This document shows, in pieces, positions 32,921 to 44,677 of a stretch of DNA of 44,677 nt. The notes beneath the pieces are model-generated. The model was not told the origin of the DNA. It saw nothing but the letters and a program-made list of their open reading frames with translations, and did not search any database. Numbering within the stretch: the stretch's first letter is position 1; every line of letters begins with the position of its first letter. The position numbers and the translations under genes are program-made. This stretch comes from Cetorhinus maximus (taxonomy: Eukaryota), in the NCBI RefSeq assembly GCF_964194155.1, contig NC_135908.1:15891324-15936000 (forward strand). The letters are read 5' to 3'.

Positions 32921-33408
32921 GAAAATCGGCAACTTACTTTCTCTCCTGCCACAGGCTACCAGATGGCTACCAGATTTTATTTAAGTTCTACCAGGTCACT
33001 TGCCACCAGGATGGCAAGAGGGTGCAGAGCAATATTGGGCCTCCTTTGGCAGCCCACCGACCTTCGCGTAGGTGGCAGTAAGAGGTTTTTGGGCAGATCT
33101 CAAGGTAGGGAGTCCAAAGCAGGAGAGGTCCCAGCTTTCCTTGTGGGGAGTGAAGGAGCATTCCTCCTCCCTCCTGGGCATCACAAAGAAAATCTTTGGA
33201 TGTTTCTTTGGCCTCCATACAAGCTACTGACATTCTTCAGACTGGCAGTAAAGCCACTGTGACTTCCCCGCTCAGGCGCCAGGTAAAATGCCATCGGGGC
33301 CCTAATTGGTGAGTTAGGAGGCTCCCTTCTACATTTAGGCAGGCACTCCCCGCATCTGTAGAATATGGGAGACATTGGGAAAGGGTTGAATCCTGAGAGG
33401 GTAACCCT

Positions 33409-33907
33409 CATTTTTACCTGGCCAGTCTCCACCAAGAGTTATGGTTAAAATCAGGCCCTATCTCTCACTGAGACGCTCTCTCATTTTGCCAAAAATACAG
33501 GGATAGTGGTCGATTTCCTTGCTATGGCTCTCACTTCTGATTGGTCCATAGTAGCCATGTGACCAATAATATCACATGGTTCCTAGGGACTAATTAGCTC
33601 AATAGCTGATAGTGTTCAGGAAAAGGGCCGGGAGAAGGTTCGTCTGGAGTATAAGCAAAGCATGGACCCGTCGGAATGAACAGCCTCTTTTAGGCTGTAA
33701 ATTCTATACAGTTCTATGTAGTAGCAACACTCAAAATACAACGCTCAATGCACTCACTTTTCTACATAAGATTTCCAAAAAAGGTTATTTTACTTTTCAG
33801 TTTTATATTGACATACTTCAAAGGACTATAACCACTACTTGCAACCTCTCTTCCTCTTGCTAAATTTCTCTGTTTGCTCCTGTATCCAAGAAACCACATG
33901 GCTGATG
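33409..33907 (+). repeat. Local duplication, copy 1
   Basis: Colinear with 37123-37607. Confidence 0.93.
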
Positions 33908-34082
33908 TCATCAGCTACCTTGACATGACCATGAAAGACCACATTATAATGATTTGTGGAGGTCTGGAAATGAATTAGAAGTGGCAATCGTACCCGAATG
34001 AGAAAAATTGGAACGAGGCATCATTAGTTTCGTACATATCTTTGATATAAAATTAATCCTAACTCATGACATGATTATTGTT

Positions 34083-36345
34083 AATAAAAACAAAGTGCTG
34101 GACAAACTAAGCAGCATCTGTGGAGAGGGAAACAGGGTTAACGTTTTGAGTCGAATATGACTCTTCTTCAAAACTGAAGAGAGGCAGAAATGTGAGGGGG
34201 TTTGACGCTGTTCAGAAAGGGGGGAGGACAAGTTAGAACAAAGGGAAAGTCAGGGATAGGTTCAAGGGAGGGAGAGATTAAATTACAAAGATGTCATAGA
34301 CCAAAAGGCAAAAAGAGTGAAAATGGTTGCAATATGGAAACAAAGCATTGGTCCAAAGTAAGTGTTAATGGCAGCATGAAGTACAACTCTACGTGAAAGC
34401 AAAACAGAAAACAAGATAGAGACTGGCACTTGCAAAAAATAAAATCAAAATGAAGGTCAGAGTTCACAGTCTGCACTTGTTGCATTCAACGTTGAGTCCA
34501 GAAGGCTGTAAAAAGCACCCAGTCGGAAGATGAACTGTTGTTCCTCGAGCTTGCGTTAGGCTTCACTGGAACGTTGCAGCAGGCTGAGGACAGAAATACG
34601 AGCGTGAGGGCAAGATGATGGCAAGCAACTGGAAGGTTGGAGTCATGCTTGTGATTGTGTATTCCACAAAGCTGTCACCCAGTCTCTATTTGGTCTCCCC
34701 ACTGTAGAAGAGACATCATTGCGAGGTGTGAATACAATAGACTAAATTGAAAGAAGTACAGGTAAATGGCGGCTTCACCTGGAAGGAGTGTTTGGGGCCT
34801 TGGACAGTGAAGAGAGAGGGGGTAAAAGGGCAGTTGTTACACCTCCTGCGATTGTATGGGAAGGTGTCGTTGGAAGGGGATGAGGTGTTGGCAATGATAG
34901 AAGAGTGGACCAGGCTGTCGGGGAGGGAATGGTCCCTCCGGAATGCTGACAGGCGATGTGAGGGGAAGGTGTGTTTGGCAGTGGCATCAAGCTGGAGGTG
35001 GTGGAAATGACGGAGGATGATCCTTTAAATGTGGAGGCTGGTGGGGTGGAAAGTGAGGATAAGGGGAACCCTATCGTGATTCTGGGAAGGAAGGGAAGGG
35101 GTCAGAGGAAAAGTCCAGTGAGAGCCCTGTCAACCACAGTACCGGGGTAGCAGTGGGGTGGGGCGGGGGGGAAATTCCTCGGTTGAGTAAAATGGAAGAC
35201 ATGTCAGGAGCACTGTTGTGAAAGGTAGCATCATCAGTACAGATGCAACAGATAGGGAGAAACTGGGAGAAGAGAATGGAATCCTTACGGGAAACAGGTT
35301 GTCAGGAGGTATAATCAATGTAGCTTGGGAGTCCGTGGGCTTATAATGAATATTAGTAGACAGCTATCCCCATAAATGGAGACAGAGAAGTCAATGAAGT
35401 GAAGTGTCAGAGATGGACCATGTGAAGGTGAGAGAAGGGTGGAAATTGAAAGCAAAATTGATCAATTTTTCCAGTTCCAGGCGAGAGCAGAAAGCAGCAT
35501 CGATGCAGTCATTGATGTACCAGAAATAGGGATTTTTTTATTTCTTGTTCTTGATTTGGGAGGGGGCCTGAGTAGGAACACTCCACATACCCCACAAAAA
35601 GACAGGTATAACTAGGGCCCATGTGGGTATCTATAGCAACAACATTTATTTGGAGGAATTAAGACAAGTTAAACGAAAAATTGTTCAATGAGAGAGAACA
35701 AGTTCAGCCAGGCAAAGGAAGGTGGTGGTGGATGGAGACTGCTCAGGCCTCCATTCGAGGAAGGAGTGGAGAGCCCTCAGACCATCCCAGTGGGGGATGG
35801 GGGTGCAGAGAGATTGGATGTCCACAGTGATGAGGAGGTGTTTAGGGTTGGGAAACTGGAAATTGTTAAGATGACGTAGGGCTTCAGGAGAATCCCCAAT
35901 GTGAGTGGGAAGAGATTGGACAAAGGGAGGGAAAATAGAGTCAAAATAGAAAGAAATAAGTTCGGTGGGGCAGGAAAAGGCTGAAATGATGGGTCTACCA
36001 GGTCAGCCCAATTTTTGGATTTTGGGAAGGAGGTAGAAGGGGGTTTTGCGAGGTTGGGGGACAATGAGGTTGGGGGCAATATAGGAAAGATCTTCAGAGG
36101 AGATGAGGTCAGTGACAGTCCTGGAAACAATGGCTTGATGTTTGGTGTTGGTGGTGATAGAGGAGTGGACCAGGGTGTCGCAGCGGGAAGGGTCCCTTCA
36201 GAATGCTGACAGGGGAGGTGAGGTGAGGGGAAGATGTGTTTGGTAGTAGGGTAGTGGCATCACACTGGAGGTGGTGGAGATAGTGGCAGATGATCCTTTG
36301 AATCGGGTGTGGTGGAAAGTGAGGACAAGGGGGACAAACCAGGGG
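34083..36345 (-). mobile_element. Penelope-like retroelement (RT + GIY-YIG), degenerate
   Basis: Minus motifs TVDIQSLCT, QINVVAIDTHMGPSY, WYIND (YIDD), NLVYCI..FYSGETK (GIY-YIG), RKLEEQQFIFRLG; pLTR with hammerhead remnant at 34137-34170. Confidence 0.88.
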
Positions 36346-36644
36346 TAGGAAGGAAGAAGCATCTGAGAGTTGGTACTCAGCCAACATTTGAAATGCGTCA
36401 GCCTATTGGTTTACGGTCCTAGAATACACCTTTAAAGTAAACCTAAAGCAAAAATTGCTCAATCTCTAATGAGGCAAGCAACTGGAGTGGTTTTCACTGT
36501 TCAGTTCCAAATATGGTAACAGAAACTGACTTAGAATCCTTCAGGGTGATCCTTACCTAAACCTTTTCGTTTCAGAGTAAGGTACACTGCTCAAGACTAA
36601 TGTATTGTTCAATTGAGGATTTAATTTCCTCTTTTGATATATTC

Positions 36645-37075
36645 AGCAACAGCATTCAACAACATTTACGTAGCATCTTTCACGTAAATGTCCCAAGGCG
36701 CTTCACAGAGGCATTATAAACACCAAACCAATGGGATACGTTAGGTCAGATGGCCAAACGTTTGGTTGAAGAGTGGGTCTTAAGGAGCACCTTAAAGGAG
36801 GAGAGAGAGAGCTGGAGAGGTTTAGGGTGGGGTTAATCCAGTACTTAGGCCCCAGGCAGCCGAAGGCACGGCCACCAATGGTGGAGCGATTAAAATCAGG
36901 AATCTTCAACAGGCCAAAATTAGAGGAAGGCTAGGAGCTTCAGGACATTCCAGGGGATGGGAGAGACCAGGCCATGGTGGGATTTAAAAACAAGGATGAC
37001 AATTTTTAAATGGAGAAGTTGCTTAATTGAGGGCCAATGTAGGTCAAGTGAGCACAGGGATGATGTGTGACCACT
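36645..37075 (-). mobile_element. L2 LINE 3' end
   Basis: LKIPDFNRSTIGGRAFGCLGPK; tail GTGAAGCGCCTTGGGAC..GCTACGTAAATGTTGTTG. Confidence 0.85.
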
Positions 37076-37122
37076 TTGCGGAATGTCTCCATTCAGTCCG
37101 TAAGCGTGACCCTGGTGGCCGC

Positions 37123-37607
37123 CATTTTGACCTGGCCAGTCTCGACCAAGAATTATGGTTAAAATCAGGCCCTATCTCTCACGGAGACTCTCGCTCATTT
37201 TGCCAAATTACAGGGATAGCAGCCAATTTCCTGGCTATGGTTCTCACGTCTGATTGGCCCATACTGACCATGTGACCAATAATATCACACGGTTCCTAGG
37301 AACCAATTAGCTCAATAGGTTAGACTGATAGTGTTCAGGAAGAGGGCCAGGGGGGAGGCTCATATGGAGCATAAACAAAGCATGGACCTGTTGGAATGAA
37401 TGGCCTCTTTTAGGCTGTAAATTCTATCCAGTTCTATGTAGCAGCAACACTCAAAATACAATGCTCAATATACTCATTTTTTCTACATAAGATTTCCAAA
37501 AATATTATTTTTCTTTCCAAAGGGCCCTTGACCACCACTTGCAACCTCTCTTTCTCTTGCTAAATTTCTCTGCTTGCTTCTGTATCCAAGAAACCATGTG
37601 GCTGATG
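37123..37607 (+). repeat. Local duplication, copy 2
   Basis: Colinear with 33409-33907. Confidence 0.93.
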
Positions 37608-37611
37608 GCTT

Positions 37612-38145
37612 CTGGTGGCCTGTCATTTTAATTCTCCACCTTGCGCTCTCACACTGACATCTCTGTCCTCGGTCTGCCGCACTGTTTCAGTGAAACTCAA
37701 CGTTGAGCTTGAGGAACAGCGTGTCATCTTTCAACTCGGCACTTTACAGTCTTCCAGACACAACATTGAGTTCAACAATTTCAAACCATTATTTCATTGC
37801 CCATTTTGTGTATTTCGATTTTTCTCTCCTTTTTCTCACTTGCAGTCATCTGCACACCTGCTCTCGGCACATCTTCTGTTTTTTTTTTGTTTCTTCTCTT
37901 GCCTCATCACTGTTCCCTTTGACCCTGGAGGACTAACTCTTCTGTCGTTCGATCTCTCCTGTCTTCCACCCTATCGCAGACCTTCCTTTTGGCCTTGTTC
38001 CCACCCACCCCTTGCTCCAAGCTTACTACGCCTCAAACTTCACCACGTTCTGAAGAAACTCTGTTTCTCTCTCCACAGATGTTGCCAGGTCTGTTGAGTA
38101 ATTCCAGCATTTTTTTGCTTTACTTCAAGATTTCCAGCATCCATT
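37612..38145 (+). mobile_element. Penelope 3' fragment (GIY-YIG C-terminus + UTR)
   Basis: VACHFNSPPC..LEEQRVIFQLGTLQSSRHNIEFNNF, then CTCTCTCCACAGATGTTGCC tail. Confidence 0.85.
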
Positions 38146-38682
38146 TCACTTGAAGATGGATACGGCCCTGTGGAGGTATGAGTAAAAGGATAGGTTGATA
38201 GAATTAGGTGAAGAAGAGCGGAAGGGGGCTCATGTGGAGAATAAAAAAGAACAGCATTAACCTGCTGGGCCGAATGGCCTGTTACCATGCTGTAAATACT
38301 CTGTAATTCTACTTAACACCTGCCTCAGGCCCACTGGAATCAGACAGTTAGTGCAAGTACAGTTCTCCGTTGAGTAAATTTCTAGAGACAGCGTGCAGCC
38401 AACAAGTCGCTTAAATTGCAAATAGACACTGCTGATTGATAAAGTGAGGCCGCAATGTGCCCTCGTATATCGGGTATCCTTTTATTAGTTGCATCTTTAC
38501 ATCCAGTCATCTTTTTTTTTTGGCAAAGTGGGTTTTTGTGCTTTAAAATTTTGAAAATGCTTCAATTTGCTGGTTTATGAGGGAAAAAGCTGGGGTTTGG
38601 GGCTAATTTTGACAAATCTTTCAAAGGACTGGTACAGAAATGATGGGCTGAATGGTCACCTGCTTCTCTGTAGGTCTCTTTA

Positions 38683-39330
38683 CGAAGTGTAGTCGCTGTT
38701 GCAATGTAGGAAACCACAACAGCAAGTTTGCACACAGCAAGGTGGTGGTGTAACGGTATTGTCACTGGACTAATAATCCAAGAGATCCAGTGTAATGCTC
38801 TGGGGACCAGGGTTCAAATCCCATCATGAGAGATGGTGGAATTTAAATTCAATAAAAAATCGGGACCTATGAGCATTGTTGTAAAAACCCATCTGGTTCA
38901 ACTAATGTCCTTTAGGGAAGGAAATCTGCCATCCTTACCTGGTCTGGCCTACATGTGGGTCTGGAGTCACGGCATTGTGATTGACTCTTTAAAAAAAAAA
39001 ATGCCCTCTGAACAAGTGAAATAGGGGATGGGCAATAAATGCTGACCTAGCCAACAACACCCACATCCCATGAACAAATAAACAGAAAAGAGCTCCACAA
39101 ACTGTAATGAAATAAATCACCAGATAGCTGGTTTAGTGAGGTTGGTTTGGATGCCAAGGAGAACTGCCCTGCTCTTCTTCAAATGATATTCTATGCCCAC
39201 CTGAGAGGGCAGATGAGTTTAAAGTCTTCGTCTAAAAAGGGGGCACCTCTGACAGCACAGCACTCCCTCCGTACTGCATTAGCGAGTCGGCCTAGATTTT
39301 AGGGACTCGAACACAAAACACTCCAGCTCA
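38683..39330 (-). mobile_element. Deu-domain SINE split by a tRNA-headed SINE
   Basis: GAAGTGTAGTC..TTTGCACACAGCAAG continues as CTCCACAAAC..CCACCTGAGAGGGCAGA..GCACTCCCTC. Confidence 0.7.
38741..39082 (+). mobile_element. tRNA-headed SINE
   Basis: CTGGACTAATAATCCA, B box GGTTCAAATCC, conserved body and tail. Confidence 0.85.
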
Positions 39331-39766
39331 CGCATTTGCTTACAAAACAGTCGTGTTTCCTTCGCGTTTCGGTATTCACTCCCCCAGCAGCTGAGCGGAA
39401 GCATGGTGATATTTGTGGCTCAAGGGTGGTCCTTCCTCCTGTAGACCCTGGGTGTAAAGAACCACCTGGGTGGAATTCATTGAGGAGAATCGAGCTACGG
39501 CACTCCCATGGCTGCGCCTAATATTGCACCCATTGCAATTAACTCCTGTCCAATCTTACTCAGTACTAATTGCTGTGAACTGATGCCTTGAATACAGTTT
39601 ATGATGCATGAGTGACAGAGAATTTTATACAAGTGGAATGGCCAGTGGTGTATCACAGAATTTTTACAGTGCAGAAGGAGGCCATTCGGCCCATCGTGTC
39701 TGCACAGGCTCTCCGAATGAGCATTATGACTCAGTGCCTTTCTCCTGCCTATTCCCCATAGCCCTG

Positions 39767-40495
39767 GGGGAGGATCTTTAGGTCGGTGAGCAGGGGGGCG
39801 GGTCCCGCTCGCCGACGCGTAAAGTGACGCGGGATGACGTCAGGTGGAACCCCCAACGTCACCCCGCCCCATTTAAATTTTCAGGTCGGCGGGGGCGCAG
39901 CCGAATCAGCTGTGCGCCCGCCGACCTGTCAACAGCCAATTGAGGCCATTTAAAAACGAGTTGACCTCATTAGTGGACCTGCCCGTCCAACCTTAAGGCT
40001 GGCGGGCAGGCCGGGAGCCCTGGTGAGCTTAAAAAAAAAGCATGAAACCTCATCCACGGGTGGGATGAGGTTTCATGAGGGTTTTTAAATATTTGACAAG
40101 AGTTTCAGTGAAGGTGATGGACATGTCCCAACTCATGTGACGGTGTCACCTGAGGGGACATGTCAGGGAAATGTTGCTATCACTTCCTTAACATTTTTAA
40201 ATTTGGAGCCGATCTCCCTGAGGCCGCACTTAGCCTCAGGGAGATGAGTGCGCTATTTTGTGCGCATCTGCGAAAGAGCGCACTCCTGGCTGAGGGAATC
40301 CCCCCTCCCCGCCCGCACAGGGAGTGCACAGCGCTTCCTGGAGGACGTCACGCTGGGCGGGCCTTAATTGGCCCGCCCACATAAAATGGCAGTGTGCCCC
40401 CAATTGGGGGCACCAATCGGAGGCACGTCTGCCCACGCCCGCTCCTGCACTTCCCCCCACTATGGGGGTGGCGGGGGGGGGGGGGGATTTTCCCC
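39767..40495. mobile_element. 729-bp non-autonomous PIF/Harbinger element in a CR1 tail
   Basis: 3-bp TSD CTG (39764, 40496); TIR GGGGAGGAT / ATTTTCCCC; removing it restores CCATAGCCCTGCAAATT; CpG-rich. Confidence 0.75.
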
Positions 40496-41164
40496 CTGCA
40501 AATTGTTTCTATTTAAATAATCATCTAATGCCCTCGCGAGTGCCTCGATTGAACTTTCGATGCCACGATTGAACCTGTATGTTGGCCAATCAGAAAATTT
40601 GGTCGCACTTCTGAACTCTTTCCTACAAAGTTGTGAGACAGATTCTCCTCTTCCTGTGCCTGAGACTGTCGGATATCATAGCCTCTGTGGGACCAGCCTC
40701 GTGTCATCTTTTGGTAGCAAAATAAGTTTGGCCCAATCTCTGCCAAACCCTTAGTCTTACAAGCGATGATCACCTCTTCCAGATGTGGCACGCACAGAAT
40801 TTACCTGTGTGGAGGACAGTCACAGGAGAATAGTTGACAGATGGTGATGATGATGATAGGATCATGGATTTATATAACGTTTATATAACAATATTAAGTG
40901 GGAGGCCATCTGGTCAATTGTGCCTCCTTGGCAAAGCAACCCAAATAGCCCTACACCCTTGCTCTTTTTAATAACCCTGTAATTTTTTTCCCCTATCATA
41001 TGTTTATCCAAATCCCTTTTGAAAGTTACTACTGAATCTACTTCCACTGCCCTTTCATTCCAGTTCACACAACTCACCGTATAAAAAATGTGGCCTCACC
41101 TTGCTCCTGCTTCTTTTGCCACTAACCTTAAATCTAGTTTCCCTGATTCTTCTACCTTTTCTTT

Positions 41165-41497
41165 AAATTTATTCTTTTCTGGCAGGGCCAGCACTTATCG
41201 CCTTTGAGCTGAGTGGCTTGCTAGGCCATTTCAGAGGGCAGTTAAAAGCCTGGAGTCATATGTAGGCCAGACCAAGTAAGGACAGCAGATTTCCTTCCCT
41301 CAAAGACATTAGTGAACCAGATGGGCTTTTACCACAATCAACAATGGTTTCACGGTCAACTTTATTGAGACTAGCTTTTCAATTCCAGATTGAATTTAAA
41401 TTCCACCAGCTGGGATTTGAACACTTGTCCCCAGAACGTTAGCCTGGGCTTCGGGATTACCAGTCCAGTGACATTACTGCTGTGCCACCATCTCCCC
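41165..41497 (-). mobile_element. tRNA-headed SINE inserted in a CR1 fragment
   Basis: Reverse complement of the same family; minus start GGGGAGATGGTGGCACAGCAGTAATGTCACTGGACTGG. Confidence 0.82.
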
Positions 41498-41989
41498 TGT
41501 CAAAGCAATTTGTGATTATAACAGCCTTTAATTTTCCTTTTTTCTAAGGAGAACAGCCTTGATCCTTCGGTCTCCCCCTATACCTGAGGTCCATTATACC
41601 GGGTCCTGTAATGGTGATTATGATGATGTCTTAACAAGGTTGCATTGGTTCCATTGGCATTTGGTTCCATTTCAGAAGGTTCACATCCAATAACGTGCTG
41701 CATCCCACGGAGTCTACTGAATTCTGCTCCGGACACGAGAATGCAGGAAGGATATTCTAAAGCCTAGGAGCGGATATAGCAAAGGTTAACCAGAATGTTT
41801 CCAGCACTTGAGTTAAATTATCAGGACAGGCTGCACTTGTATTCCTTTGGTCTGATCAAGGCATTTAAAATGATAAAAAGTCTTTGATAACAGATTTTGA
41901 TAAAGTAAAGAGAATCTATCTTCTCTAGTGGATGGATCTAGAACAAGAAGATATAAGTTTAACATTAGTGCCAGGTCATTCAACGGTGA

Positions 41990-42320
41990 AATGAAAGCAG
42001 GAAATGCTGAAAATACTCAGCACATCAGGCAGTATCTGTGGAGAGAAAGAATGTTAGCGGCCAGAATTATCCAGCACCCCCGCCCTGGGGCGTTCCACCA
42101 CGGCAGGGCTGGTGAGACATTGAAATCTCGGTTCGCATCGGCGAGACCGGAAGATCCCACCGGCATTAGGGGCTGGGAAATTCCGGCCAACGTTTCAGGT
42201 CAATACCCACATTCTGATGAAATTTGAAACATTAACTCATTTTTCTCTCTCCGCAGATGCTGCCCGGCCTGCTGAGCGTTTCCGGCATTTTCTGTTTTGA
42301 TTTTGGATTTCCAACATGGT
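41990..42320. mobile_element. Penelope inverted-repeat fragment containing a MITE
   Basis: GAAATGCTGAAAATACTCAGC..TCTGTGGAGAGA and its inverse TCTCTCCGCAGATGCTGCC..GCTGAG; CTGATGA..GAAAC remnant at ~42214. Confidence 0.75.
42058..42188. mobile_element. ~130-bp MITE (same family as 11029 and 29504)
   Basis: TIRs GGCCAGAATT / AATTCCGGCC; internal CCGGAAGATCCCACCGG is the reverse complement of the family core. Confidence 0.72.
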
Positions 42321-42389
42321 TTTTTGGCGCTTTACCACAAATGTACCAAATACTATGATGATGATTGGTAATTTGAAACACTGGTAATT

Positions 42390-42760
42390 TGAAACATGTA
42401 AGATCCTGAGGGGTCTTGACAGAGCCGATGTGGATAGGATGTTTCCGCTTGTGGGAGAATCTAGGACTAGTTTAAAAATAAGGGGTCGCTCATTTAAGAC
42501 AGAGATGAGGAGAAAATATTTTCTCTCAGAGGGTCGTGAGTCTTCCTCAGAAGGCGGTGGAAGCAGAATTTTTGAATATTTTTAAGGCAGAGGTAGATAG
42601 ATTCTTGATTAACAAGGAAGTGGGGGGAGTGAAAAGTTATCAGGGATAGACGGGAATGTAGAGTTGACTTTATAATCAGATCAGCCATGATCTTATTAAA
42701 TGGCGGAGCAGGCTTGAGGAGCTGAGTGGCCCACTCCTGCCCCTAATTCGTATGTTCATA
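42390..42760 (+). mobile_element. CR1 3' end
   Basis: ETCKILRGLDRADVDRMFPLVGESRT..FKTEMRRK; UTR ATCAGCCATGATCTTATTAAATGGCGGAGCAGGC..CTCCTGC. Confidence 0.88.
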
Positions 42761-43390
42761 ATATAAACGAAGGGTTCTCTATTGAAAAATAGCAGGATTC
42801 TGGGAGAGCGCTCCATACATGTGTTACTCCTGATCAACACTGCCCCAACTACTATATCACATGTTAACTTGCATTGCTTCCTGTGATGAGGCGTACCAAA
42901 CTAGTTACATATTCAGCAGTATGTTAGTCATTATGTTAAATTACATGCGCACTACAAAGCAATATCACAACATGCAGTATTTTGCTTTCGATTCAGGAGC
43001 GAAACCAGGAAGCAGCTCTTCCCACAAAGGGTTGTAGAAACCTGGAACTCTCTCTCTGCCCTGAAAAGCTGTGGATGGTGATCAACTGAAGCTTTCAAGG
43101 CCAAGGTTTTTGTTAGACGTGGGGCATTAAGCAACTATGGAGCAAAGGCAGATAAATGGAGTTGAAGTGAAGAGTGGTCCATCTTATGTATGAGATGTTA
43201 AACCAAGGCCCCATCTACTTTGGTGAATGTCAAAGATCTCATGCAAATCAGCGGACAGGAAGTCTCCTGGTCAATCTTGCTCCTTTACCGAAAGCACCAA
43301 AGCCAATGAACTGGCCACTCGTTCGCCTCACTCAGTCTTGGTGGAACTCTGCAGTGCACAGCTTTGCTGCCGAACTTTGACTGAATCATA

Positions 43391-44677
43391 AGCCGGAATT
43401 TTCTGGCCCAGTTGGCATTGGGTGTCATGGCGGGCGGGAGGATACAATATGGTGAGAAGGCCAAAAATCGAGGAATTTCTCACCGGTGTGAAAGCACAGT
43501 GGGATCATCTGACGGTGTCCGCCATGGCGGAATGTCAACCCCGCTGGAGGCTGGCGTGAACCCGCTTTGCATCCTACTAATGGGATGCAAAGTAAGGCCC
43601 GACTGGAATTGTCCTCCCCACTGCATGGGGAGGATGCACGAAGCCTGTAAATGAAGCTGAAAGACAACATTACACATTATAATCTGAAAAGATATTCACT
43701 TTCACTGAATAAAGTGACAAAATGCATTCACCTGTGCCTCTACTTGTGATCAGAGTTTCTTAACTTTTTAGGCTTATCACTTCTTCTAGGTGCTGCCCTG
43801 ACATCCGCAGCAGGGGTGGAGACAGCCTGTGGAATGGTTGGCCCTGTTGCCTCTGATGACTTCGGTGTGTGTCCTCTGGAAAGCCGAGGCCTTGAGGGCC
43901 CCTACTTGCGTTGGCTGTCCCCCTGTGGGCCAGCTGCTCCCTCTGTGGGGGTCACAGGCAAAGGGGGCTCGAAGAGAGAGGACAGCCTCTGAGATTCCTG
44001 AGTGGGTGACTCAGAGGTGTCCTCCTGCCTTCGGGTGCACAAGGGCCCCGGCCTGACTCCTTGAGGGGAAGGAGCACCTGGGGGGGGGGACATCGAGGTG
44101 CCCTGTTTCCCCTTCGTGTTGCCACTGCAGGAACTCATTACCGCGATGGAGTGCAGGTCTGCACACATCTCCAAGTTCTGCTGGACCAAGGTCTCCGTGG
44201 GGATCTCCATACGTGAACATGTGGGCACCATTTCATCAGACAGCAGGTGGACGCATTCCTCCGACTTGTGTGCCACTCTGTTGAGGGCTCCCATCAGCTC
44301 TACGTGATGTTCCCCTGCCCTCCACTGACTCTCCAGGATGAGTTGGAAGGCCAAATCCAGGGGCTCGTCATCTGACTCAGACCTCACAGATGCCTGATCC
44401 CCAGCAGTCCTCCGAGTACTGGGGATCGCGGCTGAACCTGCCTCCTCCTGCTGCGGGAACACGTGTCCATGCCGTGACCACCAGACTGTGAACCCGAGCC
44501 CGCTCTAGATCTAGGTCCCACCGAGGTGCGTGTCTCTGCGCTGGTGGAAGGTGTGGGTGTAAGTGCTGTGACAGGTTGCTTATTTCCAGCTCTTCAAAGG
44601 AGGAGGTGTTCTCTTGGCTGGAGGTGAGGACCTGGATGGAGCTGAGGGATTGGCTGGCTGAGGGTGTTAGTCGCTTG
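43391..44677 (-). mobile_element. PIF/Harbinger-type element with decayed accessory (Myb/SANT-type) protein C-terminus, truncated by the window end
   Basis: Left terminus AGCCGGAATTTTC; minus coding remnant ..DDEPLDLAFQLILESQ..LMGALNRVA.. and basic tail STPAADVRAAPRRSDKPKKLR. The Myb domain itself is not in the window. Confidence 0.5.

Noticed and set aside
39336-39530. Host exon in a short unique CpG-containing stretch
   Set aside because: A minus-strand donor-like GTAAGC is present, but there is no good acceptor and no recognisable peptide.

Overview
Repeat-dominated, gene-poor vertebrate DNA. The repeat repertoire (Deu-domain SINEs, HER1/CR1 tails, L2, Penelope, Tx1, PIF/Harbinger-type MITEs) points to a cartilaginous fish (shark-type) intron or intergenic region; this is an inference from families recognised by eye. 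No host protein-coding exon could be identified with confidence, and nearly all listed ORFs are transposon remnants or spurious. Main content: (1) an assembly gap; (2) a full-length but decayed Mag-type Ty3/Gypsy LTR retrotransposon (2922-7553, minus; LTRs, tRNA-Ser PBS, PPT, gag-PR-RT-RH-INT). It is nested in a stack of three 5'-truncated Tx1-clade LINE tails, each preceded by a recurring TATAGGAGCAGCTTA-like motif; an apparently empty homologue of that site, with TATA plus Inr, lies at ~27.8 kb. (3) A 29-bp alternating minisatellite made of DR1/TCF-like motifs. (4) A tRNA-headed SINE family that looks like an internal-deletion series of a CR1-group LINE. (5) A 2.36-kb 31-bp minisatellite. 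(6) Nested solo LTRs. (7) Penelope elements with hammerhead-ribozyme motifs, two hit by the same MITE family at the same site. (8) A ~490-bp local duplication. (9) A Harbinger-like element truncated at the window end. Coordinates of degraded repeats are approximate.
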